This document shows positions 10,701 to 20,982 of a DNA stretch of 64,000 nt, piece after piece. The stretch lies in the IMG/VR virus record IMGVR_UViG_3300034102_002101, positions 56,667-120,666 of that record. One strand, given 5' to 3'. How positions within the stretch are numbered: the stretch's first letter is position 1; each line of letters starts with the position of its first letter. A program made the translations under genes and the position numbers. The stretch is from a virus. The notes under the pieces are model-generated. The model was not told the origin of the DNA. It made no database searches and saw only the letters and a program-made list of their open reading frames with translations.

Positions 10701-12153
10701 TGTATGTGATGTAGTAGAATCGTACAAATACCCATATCAGTTTGATCGATACGAAGTAACGCAGGATATTTCCAGTAACAATTTATACACATCAGACTTA
10801 TCATCACAGAACATAAAGAAGGAATCTCGCTCGTTAAGTGCGTATCTTAGTCCATTAAGAAGCTCGGAAGAAATTACTGATCAGGCTATATCGAAAAACA
10901 AAATAGGAGTATACTTTTCACCAACCGATTTGTATACAAAAGATAAGATAAAATTTACATCACTAATAAAAATCGATAATCTAATAGGAGATCCAGCAAA
11001 ATCAAAATTGGTAAGGTATAAAGATCTAGAATCTTTTAAGAGAACGTTTAATAGTTATTTATATTATAATATAGACAAGAATCAATATATAAACAATATA
11101 AAAAACTTTATAGATAAGTCTCTATTCAAACAATTGAGTAAGGTTTTCCCGGAAAACGCGAATGTGACTACTGGGATCTTAATAGAATCTACGCCACTCG
11201 AAAGGACAAGAATAGAGCAACCAAATCAAGGGATCGAAAGTATACATAGATTAAAACAAGAGCTATCTATAAAACCAACGTTGGTGTCTACCCCGAACTT
11301 AAGTAAGCCGTCCGAAATCATACCAAATATAAAGGGAAAATTAACGAATAAAAACTTTTTCGAAAATGGGTTTTATGAAACTAACGACGGGCTGATAAAT
11401 CCATATGGGATCGCTACCGATTTCTCTCCGAGCGGTGGATATTTCATGATAGATGGCGATGATTACTATGTTAGTAAAGTTGATTATAAATTGAACCAAG
11501 TTCGCAAAAATAATGATGGCACAACAGGAATATCGGAGTCATTTATAACTAGACAAAAATTATCGTTTATTAAATTCCCAACATTAAGTTCGGTATTGTT
11601 TGGTGGTACGGTATCCGGTAGTTTTATTGGGTCTTCATCGGTAATTGGAATAAATACTTATCATATAAATGGGAAATTTAATGGGACTGTTTCGATTGAT
11701 AGTTCGATGCATAATTCAACAATAACTGATCAAATTATATTGTCTGGTTCGTATGTAGGAATAGATCCGGTTTCATCTTCCTTAATTTCGGACTTGGATG
11801 GGTTTAATGGTTTATTTATTACTACAGATGGTTCCGATATATATAAATGGTGCGTAAATAATTTAAGTGGTGCTTGCTTGAACGAAATGATGTATTACGA
11901 AAAACAGGCAAGATATAATAGTATATTAGCAGAATCTCCATTGACGACTAGATGGAAAAGCAAGGAAGAATTCTCCGTTTTACGAAAAAACGTCACGAAA
12001 GCAAAAGAATACAATAAACAAACAACATCAACGACGATAGAACCAACCAATGGGTTGTTAGATGGATCTTTACCATTCTATTCAGTCGGAGTAGATAGTG
12101 GTAGAGTTAAAGTATTCAATCAGAGCAGTGGTAATATTTTAAATTCGAACTAA
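7798..12153 (+). CDS. Large baseplate/tail protein (wedge-like with LamG-like domain)
   Basis: FVNMVGHMFDNIW, LPEILKTKGT..C...ILACYGIP (tail protein I/gp7-like), FIGNIDEIKIW (LamG-like). Confidence 0.65.
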   Translation: MQTYITSQSAAINYSTFITQEDINKLSLSTISPMYSDFGEFADDVIEFSIYNNYGELVSWETIYPEVSSTKYTGFYIDQNNIKNTFDAYNTYTNYSIVTTNGIRRIVFPVLSDIQKLGLSTGEYNIQYFPAKNVIGNNENGIKVSEISSSGTEISVICNDVNLSQSFTSFCKNLIPASEWTSYLIDGMDSVNIYSKFITEKDSIGLDFNAIKFFFNFKTDNEVLFFVYDIFNGVYSGKKKSNGDVSRTDIASIKTQVENYCYSLYNTPSSLDSVFLTSLDIIKNIIEIELKKISSSATNEKTVSFFYNIFTSVLLEVFGEIKKKVISKLFSPMKTCINLGNGKIFPVLNRYYVVLDDGSLKLYLKLKDSISNIISSGDIVYVTNFNTLTGIYQNISLINKNLINFNYLGGPNFNDRIKHVQTGNSGRSYNSDELNSSISSVTTINASDKINVDYRYFENFIKFSSVSSRLEVYTGKINLVENIDSSIELLSNVENSETDISLLTENKNEIIKSFDGYENFLYTNPYWFGVHTTQYGTYSISGDAPETSGSLYDRDNTESLFNNTPETIRESTESSDYVKFVNMVGHMFDNIWIYIDNFPRTKTIKNNPSGSLSPSIIGDIIESYGWECNNGNHNLELLQGLYNNSNGNSNQTLSGNERTNEIWSRIINTLPEILKTKGTLKCVELILACYGIPKNIIKIKETSTSNSDGELYHNDIIKYSPKFTKYNEYVECAWLNGCRSLELTIKYQSSDYTKNSTNRLVQCGDKWSIGTIKGSKDNGNVFFTIRDVSGSVNSLIVQNVPIFSGDNYDVLLRKYDTELITVPTRFELTVLKMENGSPSFVASEDIYLSGSFLDTFNSGSELIRFGNYNADQNNYFIGNIDEIKIWNSFIADVEFIDHSTMYDNFSTDDLSKARDNLICRMAFDTPVDLYNPTGSFYLHANNGLQNNGVEYIKMYNFREADISTKVVNVCDVVESYKYPYQFDRYEVTQDISSNNLYTSDLSSQNIKKESRSLSAYLSPLRSSEEITDQAISKNKIGVYFSPTDLYTKDKIKFTSLIKIDNLIGDPAKSKLVRYKDLESFKRTFNSYLYYNIDKNQYINNIKNFIDKSLFKQLSKVFPENANVTTGILIESTPLERTRIEQPNQGIESIHRLKQELSIKPTLVSTPNLSKPSEIIPNIKGKLTNKNFFENGFYETNDGLINPYGIATDFSPSGGYFMIDGDDYYVSKVDYKLNQVRKNNDGTTGISESFITRQKLSFIKFPTLSSVLFGGTVSGSFIGSSSVIGINTYHINGKFNGTVSIDSSMHNSTITDQIILSGSYVGIDPVSSSLISDLDGFNGLFITTDGSDIYKWCVNNLSGACLNEMMYYEKQARYNSILAESPLTTRWKSKEEFSVLRKNVTKAKEYNKQTTSTTIEPTNGLLDGSLPFYSVGVDSGRVKVFNQSSGNILNSN

Positions 12154-12195
12154 TTATAAATAAAGATTTTTAATATTCTTCCATATTTATTGCAT

Positions 12196-12825
12196 ATGGC
12201 ACAAATAGATAATAGAACAGTAACGGTAACAGCTACATTAACAAAACGAGGAAGAGAACTCCTAGCTCAAAACGGATCATTAAACATAACATCGTTCGCG
12301 CTATCCGATGATGAAATAGATTATGATATGTATCAACCTACACACCCACAGGGGTCTGCCTTTTACGATGCTGCTATAATAAATACACCAGTTCTTGAAC
12401 CATTTAGCGACGAGACACAAAACTTAAAGTACAAATTGGTTACTTTAAATTCGGGCATTACATCTATTCCTACAATAACATTAGGACAAACAGAGATCCG
12501 TGTATCTAAGACATACACCGGAGAAGTAGTTATAACCCCGTCAACCAATCCGTCATATAATACAGTTTCTGGCTATACCGCTATTTTGGCAAATAAGAGT
12601 GCTGGAACCATAATTGGTGAACTATTAAATGGTTCCAATTCATCAACAATTCCTAGCTTTTTTGGTGATACTTCATCATCTACAGCACAAACAGCAATAG
12701 GATTAAGATTTAGATTCGTTCCTAACGGATCTCTCACAACAACAACAACAACGACATTAACAATTATTGGAAATGAATCTGGTGGTAGCGTATCTATCCC
12801 TGTTACTGTTCAAATAGAAAACTAA
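12196..12825 (+). CDS. Virion structural protein
   Basis: LTKRGRELLA....ITSFALSDDEIDY motif typical of large-phage tail/baseplate proteins. Confidence 0.65.
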   Translation: MAQIDNRTVTVTATLTKRGRELLAQNGSLNITSFALSDDEIDYDMYQPTHPQGSAFYDAAIINTPVLEPFSDETQNLKYKLVTLNSGITSIPTITLGQTEIRVSKTYTGEVVITPSTNPSYNTVSGYTAILANKSAGTIIGELLNGSNSSTIPSFFGDTSSSTAQTAIGLRFRFVPNGSLTTTTTTTLTIIGNESGGSVSIPVTVQIEN

Positions 12826-12829
12826 TCTC

Positions 12830-13954
12830 ATGGCATCAGGATCATCAATTTTTAAACCTTTCGATTCCGGTGACATAGTTTCCGGAAGAGTTCAATCGTT
12901 ATCGTATGGGACATGGGCAGATGGTGCTATCTCTCAATCGAACTTCTATACCTCACCATCACAAGTAGCAAACAGTGGTAGCAGCCAATTAGAAATTGGT
13001 AACGGGGCGTACTATTGGGATGTATATAACTTAGCAAACCCAGACACAACGGTGGAATCAGAAAAGTATTTCTCTATCGCTTATGGTCACATAAATGGAA
13101 GTGGGTCTGGTACTTACGATGAAACCGTAACTAAATACTACCCGACAAAGGCTGTTTATAAACAATACAAAAACATATTGTTATCACCAGGCGATGAATA
13201 TTTTAGTTTTGCTACTGGTAGCAGTGGAGCTACACAGACCGACGACGTTTACATAATAAACTTTTCTACCGACAAAGCTAAAGATAGACTTGATTCTGGA
13301 CAATTTGAGATAACGATAGCCGGTCCTAATGGAATAATATCATTGATCGACGATAGTTCTTATCAGTTATCTACTACCGGCGTAAGAAATAAAGGAATAT
13401 ATAATTTAGTTTCTGGTTCGTTGGCTAATGGAATTTATTACGGTGGTGGACAACTTTACGAGGGGATTGGATTGATGTATCCTACTGTTGGTATATTAAT
13501 ACTAAACCCAGCAATGATCGCGACAAAAACTGGATTGCCTGTACCTATTATAAATTCGACAACAATAACGTCCGGTGGTAGTTCTGTTGGTAATCGATTT
13601 TCGTCCAATCAAGCAATATTGTTATATGGATCGCCATCTACCGCGACTACGTTCACTAATTACGGTATAGTAAAATTAGTATCCAGAACAACTGAATATG
13701 TCCCTACCAGACATTATTTCGTAAGAGTTAAGAATCAGGAGTTTAATTATTCCAATAACCCAAGTTTCGTTCAGACTGGTTCTAATGCTGGTCAATTAAA
13801 GATTGACTCTTTTATTGATGACCCAAAGGTTTATATAACCACTATTGGTTTATATGATGATCAAAACGATTTGTTAGCTGTTGCAAAATTAAGTCAACCG
13901 TTACTGAAAAGCTTCGACAGTGAAGCACTAATAAAGATCATGCTTTCGTGGTAA
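12830..13954 (+). CDS. Virion structural protein
   Basis: C-terminal EFNYSNNPSF...YITTIGLYDD.N.LLAVAKLSQP motif, shared with the next ORF. Confidence 0.65.
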   Translation: MASGSSIFKPFDSGDIVSGRVQSLSYGTWADGAISQSNFYTSPSQVANSGSSQLEIGNGAYYWDVYNLANPDTTVESEKYFSIAYGHINGSGSGTYDETVTKYYPTKAVYKQYKNILLSPGDEYFSFATGSSGATQTDDVYIINFSTDKAKDRLDSGQFEITIAGPNGIISLIDDSSYQLSTTGVRNKGIYNLVSGSLANGIYYGGGQLYEGIGLMYPTVGILILNPAMIATKTGLPVPIINSTTITSGGSSVGNRFSSNQAILLYGSPSTATTFTNYGIVKLVSRTTEYVPTRHYFVRVKNQEFNYSNNPSFVQTGSNAGQLKIDSFIDDPKVYITTIGLYDDQNDLLAVAKLSQPLLKSFDSEALIKIMLSW

Positions 13955-13972
13955 TTATCATGGGTACAGGAA

Positions 13973-16900
13973 ATGATAAAACAACTAAAAAAACAACAGA
14001 AATCAATAGTAGATGTCGTCACGAAAAAGGATTGGGTAGTTGACACCACAGTAAACCCAGACATTTACGTATCCAATTCTATTTTCCCAGTATTAAAAGG
14101 GAAGAAATTAAATGGGTATTTTTATCCAACATCTAGCGCATATTACGATGGTAATATCAATGGTCTTAATTGGGACGGTAGTTACGAATCGTTAATATAC
14201 AATCGGGATTATTCGATGTTCTATAAAAATGTAGGAAATCCTGCATTAAATTTTGGTGTTCTAAATTATCCGAAAGAAGTCAGGAAAATAAATGGAGAAA
14301 TAACATCTGTCCATATTCCAAAAAATAGGTACGGCGAAAGAATTATCCCGAACTCATTATATATAAAAGACTATTCCAATCCAGAATTGGTGATCGAGGT
14401 GATAGATGACGGAAATTCAAATATAATAGCAAGTGGATCGATATTAAAGACCGTAGGCAATATTACTGGATCAATAGAGATCGATGAGCTAGTCTATAAC
14501 AATCTGGTTGTATATAAAGATTCTTCTGGAAACATAATAACTAAAGCAGCCTCGATTGAATTATATAAAGCTGGACAGGAAGTTTTTATAGAAACTTCTA
14601 GCGAATCGTTCACGGCGAGAAGTAAGAGGAAGGAATATTACGATCCAACGTTCGAGAGATTCGGTGAGTCTATCGATACGTACGGAAACTACATTTTGGT
14701 ATCTAGTACGATGGACAAAGAATCATTCTCTGCTGCAAAAAATGGTACAGTTTGTTTATACACAAAAGAGAATACCACGTATAAACAAATAAAAACGTTT
14801 AAGTCTCCATTTTCACAGAAATCACTATCGTTAGAGAGTTCTGAGTATGATATTATTACTACAGAGTACGGTGACTTTATACTCTACGATGATATTGGCG
14901 AACTTTGTGGATTTTCTATCCCCACAGGATCGTCCAGACTAGATAATTATGGTATCGCTATATCTATAAACAAAAAAAATTGCGCTATTTCTAGCACTGG
15001 TTATGATAAGTGTTCAAATTCTACTTGTGAAAGTGGGTCCGGTTTAGTTTTTTGTTATAGAGAAGATAAAGGTGGTCCGGATAATTGGGGTATCATAAAC
15101 GTGCTAGAGGGAGAGAACTATACCGACAAGTTCGGACATTCCGTGTCAATTGGTGGAGATGTAATGGCCATAGGGGCACCTGGATATGGCGGAACCGGTT
15201 CCGTTTATGTATATAGACTAAAAAGATATATGTCGAGTGGGTGTGACTATATACCAACATCATCAATAATAAATTCAGCAAGCTTGTCCGATTGGTCCGG
15301 ATCATTGTTATATGGAACCGGCTCGATTGGTGGATTTGAACTAGACATCATCGATTTAAAACAAAACTTCTGGTCCCCAATAAATAGCAAATGTTTGACA
15401 ATGATATCGTCAGACTTATACGAACCAATAATATCAAATTTTTCCTTCGAATCTCTAGTCGCTGATAGCTACGATACCTCCGGATTCAATGATTTCTCGG
15501 TGGTTCCTAGTTTCGTAAGTGGTAGTTTCAGCTGGCAACTGGAAGCAATGATCGTTGGTCCACATCGTGGTAGTGGATTTGGTGGATGTGTAGAAGTAGA
15601 CGATGGAAAAATATTAATAGGGAATAACATATTATCACCATCATCAAGTGCTTGGTTATACGTTTCTAGCGCTAGTTATTCCGGTAGTTGTCCAACATAT
15701 GGTTGGAAATTATCTTCTACATTAGAACGAACTGATGGCGACATATTTGAGGATCTCCCAGTCGGATTAGACGGAAAAAATAATTATAGTGGATTTGGTA
15801 ATTCTGTATCCATTCGTGGAGAATATATGTGCGTTGGTTGTCCATATGATAGATTAGTATCTGGTTATACTTTAGGAACATCAACAATATATAGATATTC
15901 AAACTTCGATAATGTGTGTGGGACGGCATCAATATACGTGAAGCCTATCCAAAAAATCATACCGATGTTGTTGGAAAGTGAGCAATCTAACTTTGGTTAC
16001 TCGTGTAATATATCGGAGAAGTACTTGGTAATAGGAGCACCAGCATCGAGGGATAAAACATTAAATACGGTAGCAATTAGTTCAGCATCAACGTTTGTTG
16101 TGCATGATTATTATTCAACTGGTTCCATCGATAGTTCGATAGGAAAGGCTTACGTATATGAATTAAAGGATAACATATTCTCTGAAGTATTACCTATGAA
16201 GTTAAACAAAGAATATGGAAACGTTAAAAAGACTTTCGGGAATAGTGTATCTATATCCAACATGAACATATTTGTTGGTGCTCCGGTAATTTCAGTACAA
16301 GATACTTCTTCCATATATTACAATAGTGGGTCATATTACGACCAACACATATTAACCAGATCATCTAGTTGGGAAAATAATAGCGGAGGGAAAATGTTTG
16401 GAGGAGTATATAATTTTGAACTAAATACAGACGAATTAATATATATTGGTAATGTATTTTACAACACAGGTACAATAATAATAACAAATACATCATCGAT
16501 ATATAAAAATATGTTGAGTGGAGTAAATGAACGTGGGTTCTACGTATCGTACAAAGGACAACATACATTACAGGAATGTGAATATATCGTAAATATAGAT
16601 GTTGGCGAATTTAACGTAAGTACTAACCCAACATCTATACGTGGAAGATATCCTGTTATAGACGTAAATTCGGATAATGCGATTGACATCAATGATATCA
16701 ATATAATAATGAAATATATAAATGGTGATGTTGCTGTTGGTGATACCGAATCTATACCATCATTACTAGAGAGTGAAAACAATAAATCGTGGTGGAAAAA
16801 TGACTTAATCATTTCTGAAGCGGAAGATGCTATAATCGCGAATAGCTTACTGATAAATTTAAATAGTGATAAATCTATACTAACAGCAACCAGATACGAT

Positions 16901-17380
16901 TATATTACCAATAACCTAATAAAAACTGGCGTATTGGATATAAATGGTGATGGTTTTGTTGATGCGTCGGATGCGAAACTACTATGGAACTATTGGTTAG
17001 GAAAATTAAGCGTAGATATTGTTGATTCATGTGTAACAGATGGATCTACACGTATATACTTGAATGATATATTAGAATATATAAAACGTATAATGGGCAG
17101 AGTTCCACCATATCCTACAAAGCAACAATCGAAATTATTATACCCAGATTCTTCCGGTTCGATTTATTCCGAGAATAATGGTGGGCTTTCAAACGAGTAC
17201 TTTAAAAATTACTCAGTAAGTTCTTCATACGATCCAACCGGTTCATATTTAAGTACGTATATAACTGGCATCGGGTTGTATGTAGGTGGTGACCTAGTGA
17301 TGGTGGGTAAATTGGGAACTCCCATAAAAAATATAATCGACTACCCTCTTAATTTTTCTATTAAGTTCGACGCTTTCTAA
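13973..17380 (+). CDS. Tail-associated protein with FG-GAP beta-propeller repeats and dockerin/EF-hand-like loops
   Basis: Repeats FGHSVSIGGDVMAIGAP, FGNSVSI, FGYSCNIS..YLVIGAP; DVNSDNAIDIND and DINGDGFVDASD loops. Confidence 0.7.
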   Translation: MIKQLKKQQKSIVDVVTKKDWVVDTTVNPDIYVSNSIFPVLKGKKLNGYFYPTSSAYYDGNINGLNWDGSYESLIYNRDYSMFYKNVGNPALNFGVLNYPKEVRKINGEITSVHIPKNRYGERIIPNSLYIKDYSNPELVIEVIDDGNSNIIASGSILKTVGNITGSIEIDELVYNNLVVYKDSSGNIITKAASIELYKAGQEVFIETSSESFTARSKRKEYYDPTFERFGESIDTYGNYILVSSTMDKESFSAAKNGTVCLYTKENTTYKQIKTFKSPFSQKSLSLESSEYDIITTEYGDFILYDDIGELCGFSIPTGSSRLDNYGIAISINKKNCAISSTGYDKCSNSTCESGSGLVFCYREDKGGPDNWGIINVLEGENYTDKFGHSVSIGGDVMAIGAPGYGGTGSVYVYRLKRYMSSGCDYIPTSSIINSASLSDWSGSLLYGTGSIGGFELDIIDLKQNFWSPINSKCLTMISSDLYEPIISNFSFESLVADSYDTSGFNDFSVVPSFVSGSFSWQLEAMIVGPHRGSGFGGCVEVDDGKILIGNNILSPSSSAWLYVSSASYSGSCPTYGWKLSSTLERTDGDIFEDLPVGLDGKNNYSGFGNSVSIRGEYMCVGCPYDRLVSGYTLGTSTIYRYSNFDNVCGTASIYVKPIQKIIPMLLESEQSNFGYSCNISEKYLVIGAPASRDKTLNTVAISSASTFVVHDYYSTGSIDSSIGKAYVYELKDNIFSEVLPMKLNKEYGNVKKTFGNSVSISNMNIFVGAPVISVQDTSSIYYNSGSYYDQHILTRSSSWENNSGGKMFGGVYNFELNTDELIYIGNVFYNTGTIIITNTSSIYKNMLSGVNERGFYVSYKGQHTLQECEYIVNIDVGEFNVSTNPTSIRGRYPVIDVNSDNAIDINDINIIMKYINGDVAVGDTESIPSLLESENNKSWWKNDLIISEAEDAIIANSLLINLNSDKSILTATRYDYITNNLIKTGVLDINGDGFVDASDAKLLWNYWLGKLSVDIVDSCVTDGSTRIYLNDILEYIKRIMGRVPPYPTKQQSKLLYPDSSGSIYSENNGGLSNEYFKNYSVSSSYDPTGSYLSTYITGIGLYVGGDLVMVGKLGTPIKNIIDYPLNFSIKFDAF

Positions 17381-17403
17381 TATTATTTAATATTTATACC
17401 ATT

Positions 17404-17598
17404 ATGGCATCATTAAATCCAATTGTAACAGGAACATCAAAGAGACTAGAAGACCTATACACCAGTAAGAAAAAGGGAAAAATCAGAAAGCCTGCTCGTG
17501 TAAATGGTAGAGAATCATCCGTTGGAACTTTCGATGATAAGAGCCTAAACCACTCCTCTCAGGTTCTAAAGGTAGACCCAAAGAAAAGATATTCTTAA
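17404..17598 (+). CDS. Small basic hypothetical protein
   Basis: Preceded by the ATATTTATA motif; abuts ruvC. Confidence 0.45.
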   Translation: MASLNPIVTGTSKRLEDLYTSKKKGKIRKPARVNGRESSVGTFDDKSLNHSSQVLKVDPKKRYS

Positions 17599-17600
17599 AA

Positions 17601-18107
17601 ATGATCTCATTTGGTCTGGATGCCAGTACACGAACCGCTGGTTTTGCTATTGTCGAAGATGGAAATATATTGGAAATAGGTTGGATAGATTTATCAAAAA
17701 AAGAAACTACTAGAGATAAAATTTCTTTGGTTGTGGAATTTATTAAAAACAACAAACATTTCGACAAAATAGAGAATATTATTCTAGAAAGCGCATTATC
17801 TGGTTTTGCTGGTGGATTTACGTCGCAACAAGTGCTGATGGCGTTGGCTCGGTTTAACGGCATTTTAGAATATGTTCTAGAAGAGACATTTACAACAAAA
17901 AAGATAAAATTAATCGGTGCAATGACTGCGAGAAAAAAGATATTTGGGATGGCTCGCAAAAAAGGAATAAAGTCTAAAGTATTCGTTCGGACACAATTAG
18001 ATTTGCGATTTGACCTTTCTCTATTTTTAAAGAAAAATAAGCTCGGGAACGAGGATAAGAAGAACGAAGATGCGTTAGATGCGTTGGTTCTGGCTTTGGG
18101 ACACTAA
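17601..18107 (+). CDS. ruvC: RuvC-like Holliday junction resolvase
   Basis: GLDASTRTAGFAI, IILES, DALDALVLA catalytic acidic motifs. Confidence 0.8.
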   Translation: MISFGLDASTRTAGFAIVEDGNILEIGWIDLSKKETTRDKISLVVEFIKNNKHFDKIENIILESALSGFAGGFTSQQVLMALARFNGILEYVLEETFTTKKIKLIGAMTARKKIFGMARKKGIKSKVFVRTQLDLRFDLSLFLKKNKLGNEDKKNEDALDALVLALGH

Positions 18108-18148
18108 AAGGTCTTGACAATTCTTGTTTTGTGTGAAATCATTTATGA

Positions 18149-19111
18149 GTGATTCATATTCAGAATTTAAAATCTATTCTAGATAAAGCCTTCGGGGAAG
18201 TTGGTACAGAACGAAATACGGATGACGTAAAGTATCATTGCAAGGCGCATGGTTGTAACCATTCCAAACAAAAACTAGAGGTAAATCTAGTATCGGGCCA
18301 ATATCACTGTTGGGTATGTGGTTTTAAAGGTGGTGGAATCCCAAATCTAATACGTAAAGTGGGTGGAAGTGATGTATTGGTAAAATCTGCACAAGCGATA
18401 GTTGGGGAGTCGGAAAAGCGAATAAAAGTAGAAAATGCACCGGACTTCTTCGGTAACGTAACCAATAAAGATAAAACGGAACAATTGGAATTGCCGATTG
18501 ATTTTAATTACCTACGCAATAAGAGGGACAACAGAGCATGGAGAGCTTGTTATAACTACGCGAAGAGGAGAAAGTTTACGGATATCCAGATTTATAGATA
18601 TAACATGGGATATGTCGATGACAGTGAACTAAAAGATAGATTAATTGTTCCTAGTTACGATAGCGAAGGCAAATTAAATTATTATAGCGCACGCAGTTTT
18701 TTCGATGATTCATTTTTAAAATATATTAACGCGACGGTGAAATCTAGAGACTTGATCGGGTTTGAGCATCTTATTGATTTTAAACAGCCGATTAACCTAG
18801 TAGAAGGCGCATTAGACGCAATTACTTTAGGAATGAATACTATTCCACTGTTTGGCAAAAGTATACCGAATAAATTGAAACAACGGATTATCCAAGAAGA
18901 TACACCGGAAATAAGAATCATATTGGATGATGATGCTTTCGCTGATGCTATTAGACTATCGGAACGAATGATAAAATTGGGGAAAAATGTTAAGTTAGTA
19001 AAATTAGACGGAAAAGATCCGAACGTGTTGGGGAAATTTAAAACTATGGAAATTATAGACAATACAAAGAAACTTGACTTTTTTGATCTTATATCATATA
19101 AGATTAAATAA
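18149..19111 (+). CDS. DNA primase (Zn finger + TOPRIM)
   Basis: HC..HGC.H...HCWVCG zinc domain; LVEGALDA and ILDDDA TOPRIM motifs. Confidence 0.85.
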   Translation: MIHIQNLKSILDKAFGEVGTERNTDDVKYHCKAHGCNHSKQKLEVNLVSGQYHCWVCGFKGGGIPNLIRKVGGSDVLVKSAQAIVGESEKRIKVENAPDFFGNVTNKDKTEQLELPIDFNYLRNKRDNRAWRACYNYAKRRKFTDIQIYRYNMGYVDDSELKDRLIVPSYDSEGKLNYYSARSFFDDSFLKYINATVKSRDLIGFEHLIDFKQPINLVEGALDAITLGMNTIPLFGKSIPNKLKQRIIQEDTPEIRIILDDDAFADAIRLSERMIKLGKNVKLVKLDGKDPNVLGKFKTMEIIDNTKKLDFFDLISYKIK

Positions 19112-19118
19112 ATAATTT

Positions 19119-19820
19119 ATGAAAGTAACTAAACTAAAGCTACCGTTCACTAAGGTAGAAAAGATTCTACAATTTGCTGACGTACATATCAGATTAAACT
19201 CTAGACATGACGAGTACAGAAAAGTATTCGAATCATTATATACAGCATGTGAATCATTACCAGAGAATTCACTGATAGTTTGTTGTGGTGACGTACTTCA
19301 CCAAAAAGTAAACTTGTCACCGGAAGCAATTTCGTTGGTTTCTGAACTATTTGGTAAGCTATCCGCAATTAGACCATTAATAGTAATACCCGGTAATCAT
19401 GACGCACTTATAAACAATAAGTCGAGGATGGATAGTTTATCTCCTATTATACAGAATCTAAATAACGAAAATATTCATTATCTAAAGGATAGTGGACTTT
19501 ATGCTGCTGGTGATATACTATTTAATCATTTTAGCGTATTCGATGATAAGGAATCTTATATCTTGGATAAAGATATTTCCCACCAAATTAGGGTTCAGTA
19601 TAAGAAGATAGTGGGACTCTATCACGGTCCTGTATGTGGGATGACCACTGCTCTCGGTCACATAATAAATGACATAAAGGTTACACCGGATATGTTTATT
19701 GGTCAACAATTTGCGCTACTTGGAGATATACATTCTCAACAAAATGTTTATATTGAAAAGGACATATTAGACGGTGAGATAGAAGATTATAAAAAACAAG
19801 GATGGGAAGAGAAACTATGA
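19119..19820 (+). CDS. Mre11/SbcD-like phosphoesterase, N-terminal fragment of a split gene
   Basis: ADVH, CGD, PGNHD, YHG, LGDIH motifs; stops before the AGS..QN.E segment. Confidence 0.85.
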   Translation: MKVTKLKLPFTKVEKILQFADVHIRLNSRHDEYRKVFESLYTACESLPENSLIVCCGDVLHQKVNLSPEAISLVSELFGKLSAIRPLIVIPGNHDALINNKSRMDSLSPIIQNLNNENIHYLKDSGLYAAGDILFNHFSVFDDKESYILDKDISHQIRVQYKKIVGLYHGPVCGMTTALGHIINDIKVTPDMFIGQQFALLGDIHSQQNVYIEKDILDGEIEDYKKQGWEEKL

Positions 19821-20566
19821 ACCTAATTGGTATGATAAATGAAAATTTGATATCATTGGAAGAAGTAAATTCTGGTATGTTGAGTAGCAATGGGTTTAAG
19901 AAGATACTCGATGAGATTTACAATTCTATTACCGAAAAAGTAAAAAGATTTCCAAATAACAAGAAATTTTCAGAACTTCCTACTAACTTACTGGACTTTT
20001 CAATTTTTATTAATTATTACAAGAAAAACGATCTAGATTTTCCTGTGTCAGAAACTCTCGAAATATTTCTAAAACCTACGGATAACCCCCCGAACGAATC
20101 TAGAAAAATAATATTCCCATCCGCATTTGCGGTCACGGAAGAAAAACCATATAAAATAATAATTGGTGTAAATAAAGAAGCAACAAAAAATGAAGTATTG
20201 GATAGATCAGATATACTATCATTACAAATTTCACATGAATTGACTCATGTGATGAAGGCGTTATATGGAGAATACCAAAAAACATTACCATCTATACCAA
20301 AAACGTTATATGGTTGGAAAAGGTATCTTTCTACACCAAGCGAAATTGAAGCTTTTATATCTCAAATAGGAACCGAGTTAGAAAAAATCAAAGAAGCCGA
20401 CCCAACATTGACATTCAATTCTGCGCTAGAAAAATCAAAAACATATGAAATCTTCTTCGTTAATTTTTCCAAAGTATATAAAGAAAAACCACACGTCGTT
20501 AGTAAGTTACGAAAATATATGATATCTAAGTTATTCAACTATTGGAACACAGATTTTAAAAAATAA
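19817..20566 (+). CDS. Putative zincin-like metallopeptidase
   Basis: SHELTH (HExxH) plus Y...PSEIEAF. Confidence 0.55.
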   Translation: MNLIGMINENLISLEEVNSGMLSSNGFKKILDEIYNSITEKVKRFPNNKKFSELPTNLLDFSIFINYYKKNDLDFPVSETLEIFLKPTDNPPNESRKIIFPSAFAVTEEKPYKIIIGVNKEATKNEVLDRSDILSLQISHELTHVMKALYGEYQKTLPSIPKTLYGWKRYLSTPSEIEAFISQIGTELEKIKEADPTLTFNSALEKSKTYEIFFVNFSKVYKEKPHVVSKLRKYMISKLFNYWNTDFKK

Positions 20567-20568
20567 TT

Positions 20569-20982
20569 ATGAACGAAACAAAAACAGCAGAGTTGTATTA
20601 CTTATACAAAATAGATCCAAATAAACCTATTTCTGTGTGTATGGGTATGCATAGTTGTGACAGGACTTATTTTTCTTCTGTGTTAGAAGCAAGAGAATCA
20701 AATTACCAAGGAACGTACAAAAACAGAGCAAAGTATAAAATAGGAAAAGTAGAAATAGTAACATCAACACATATTATTGATGCGGACGTTGATCCAGCTT
20801 CATTGGAAGAGATAATAAAAAATAAAATCGAGGAAGATGAAAATACATACATTCAGAGTAAAGTTGAAGAATACGCTAAAACTATTAATACCACTAACGT
20901 AGAAGATTATATGGGCAAATTAATGAGCTATGAGATCGATTTAAGATTTATAAGAACAATAGAGAAATTTCTAACAAAATGA
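20569..20982 (+). CDS. Hypothetical protein
   Basis: 137-aa ORF coupled to both neighbours. Confidence 0.55.
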   Translation: MNETKTAELYYLYKIDPNKPISVCMGMHSCDRTYFSSVLEARESNYQGTYKNRAKYKIGKVEIVTSTHIIDADVDPASLEEIIKNKIEEDENTYIQSKVEEYAKTINTTNVEDYMGKLMSYEIDLRFIRTIEKFLTK

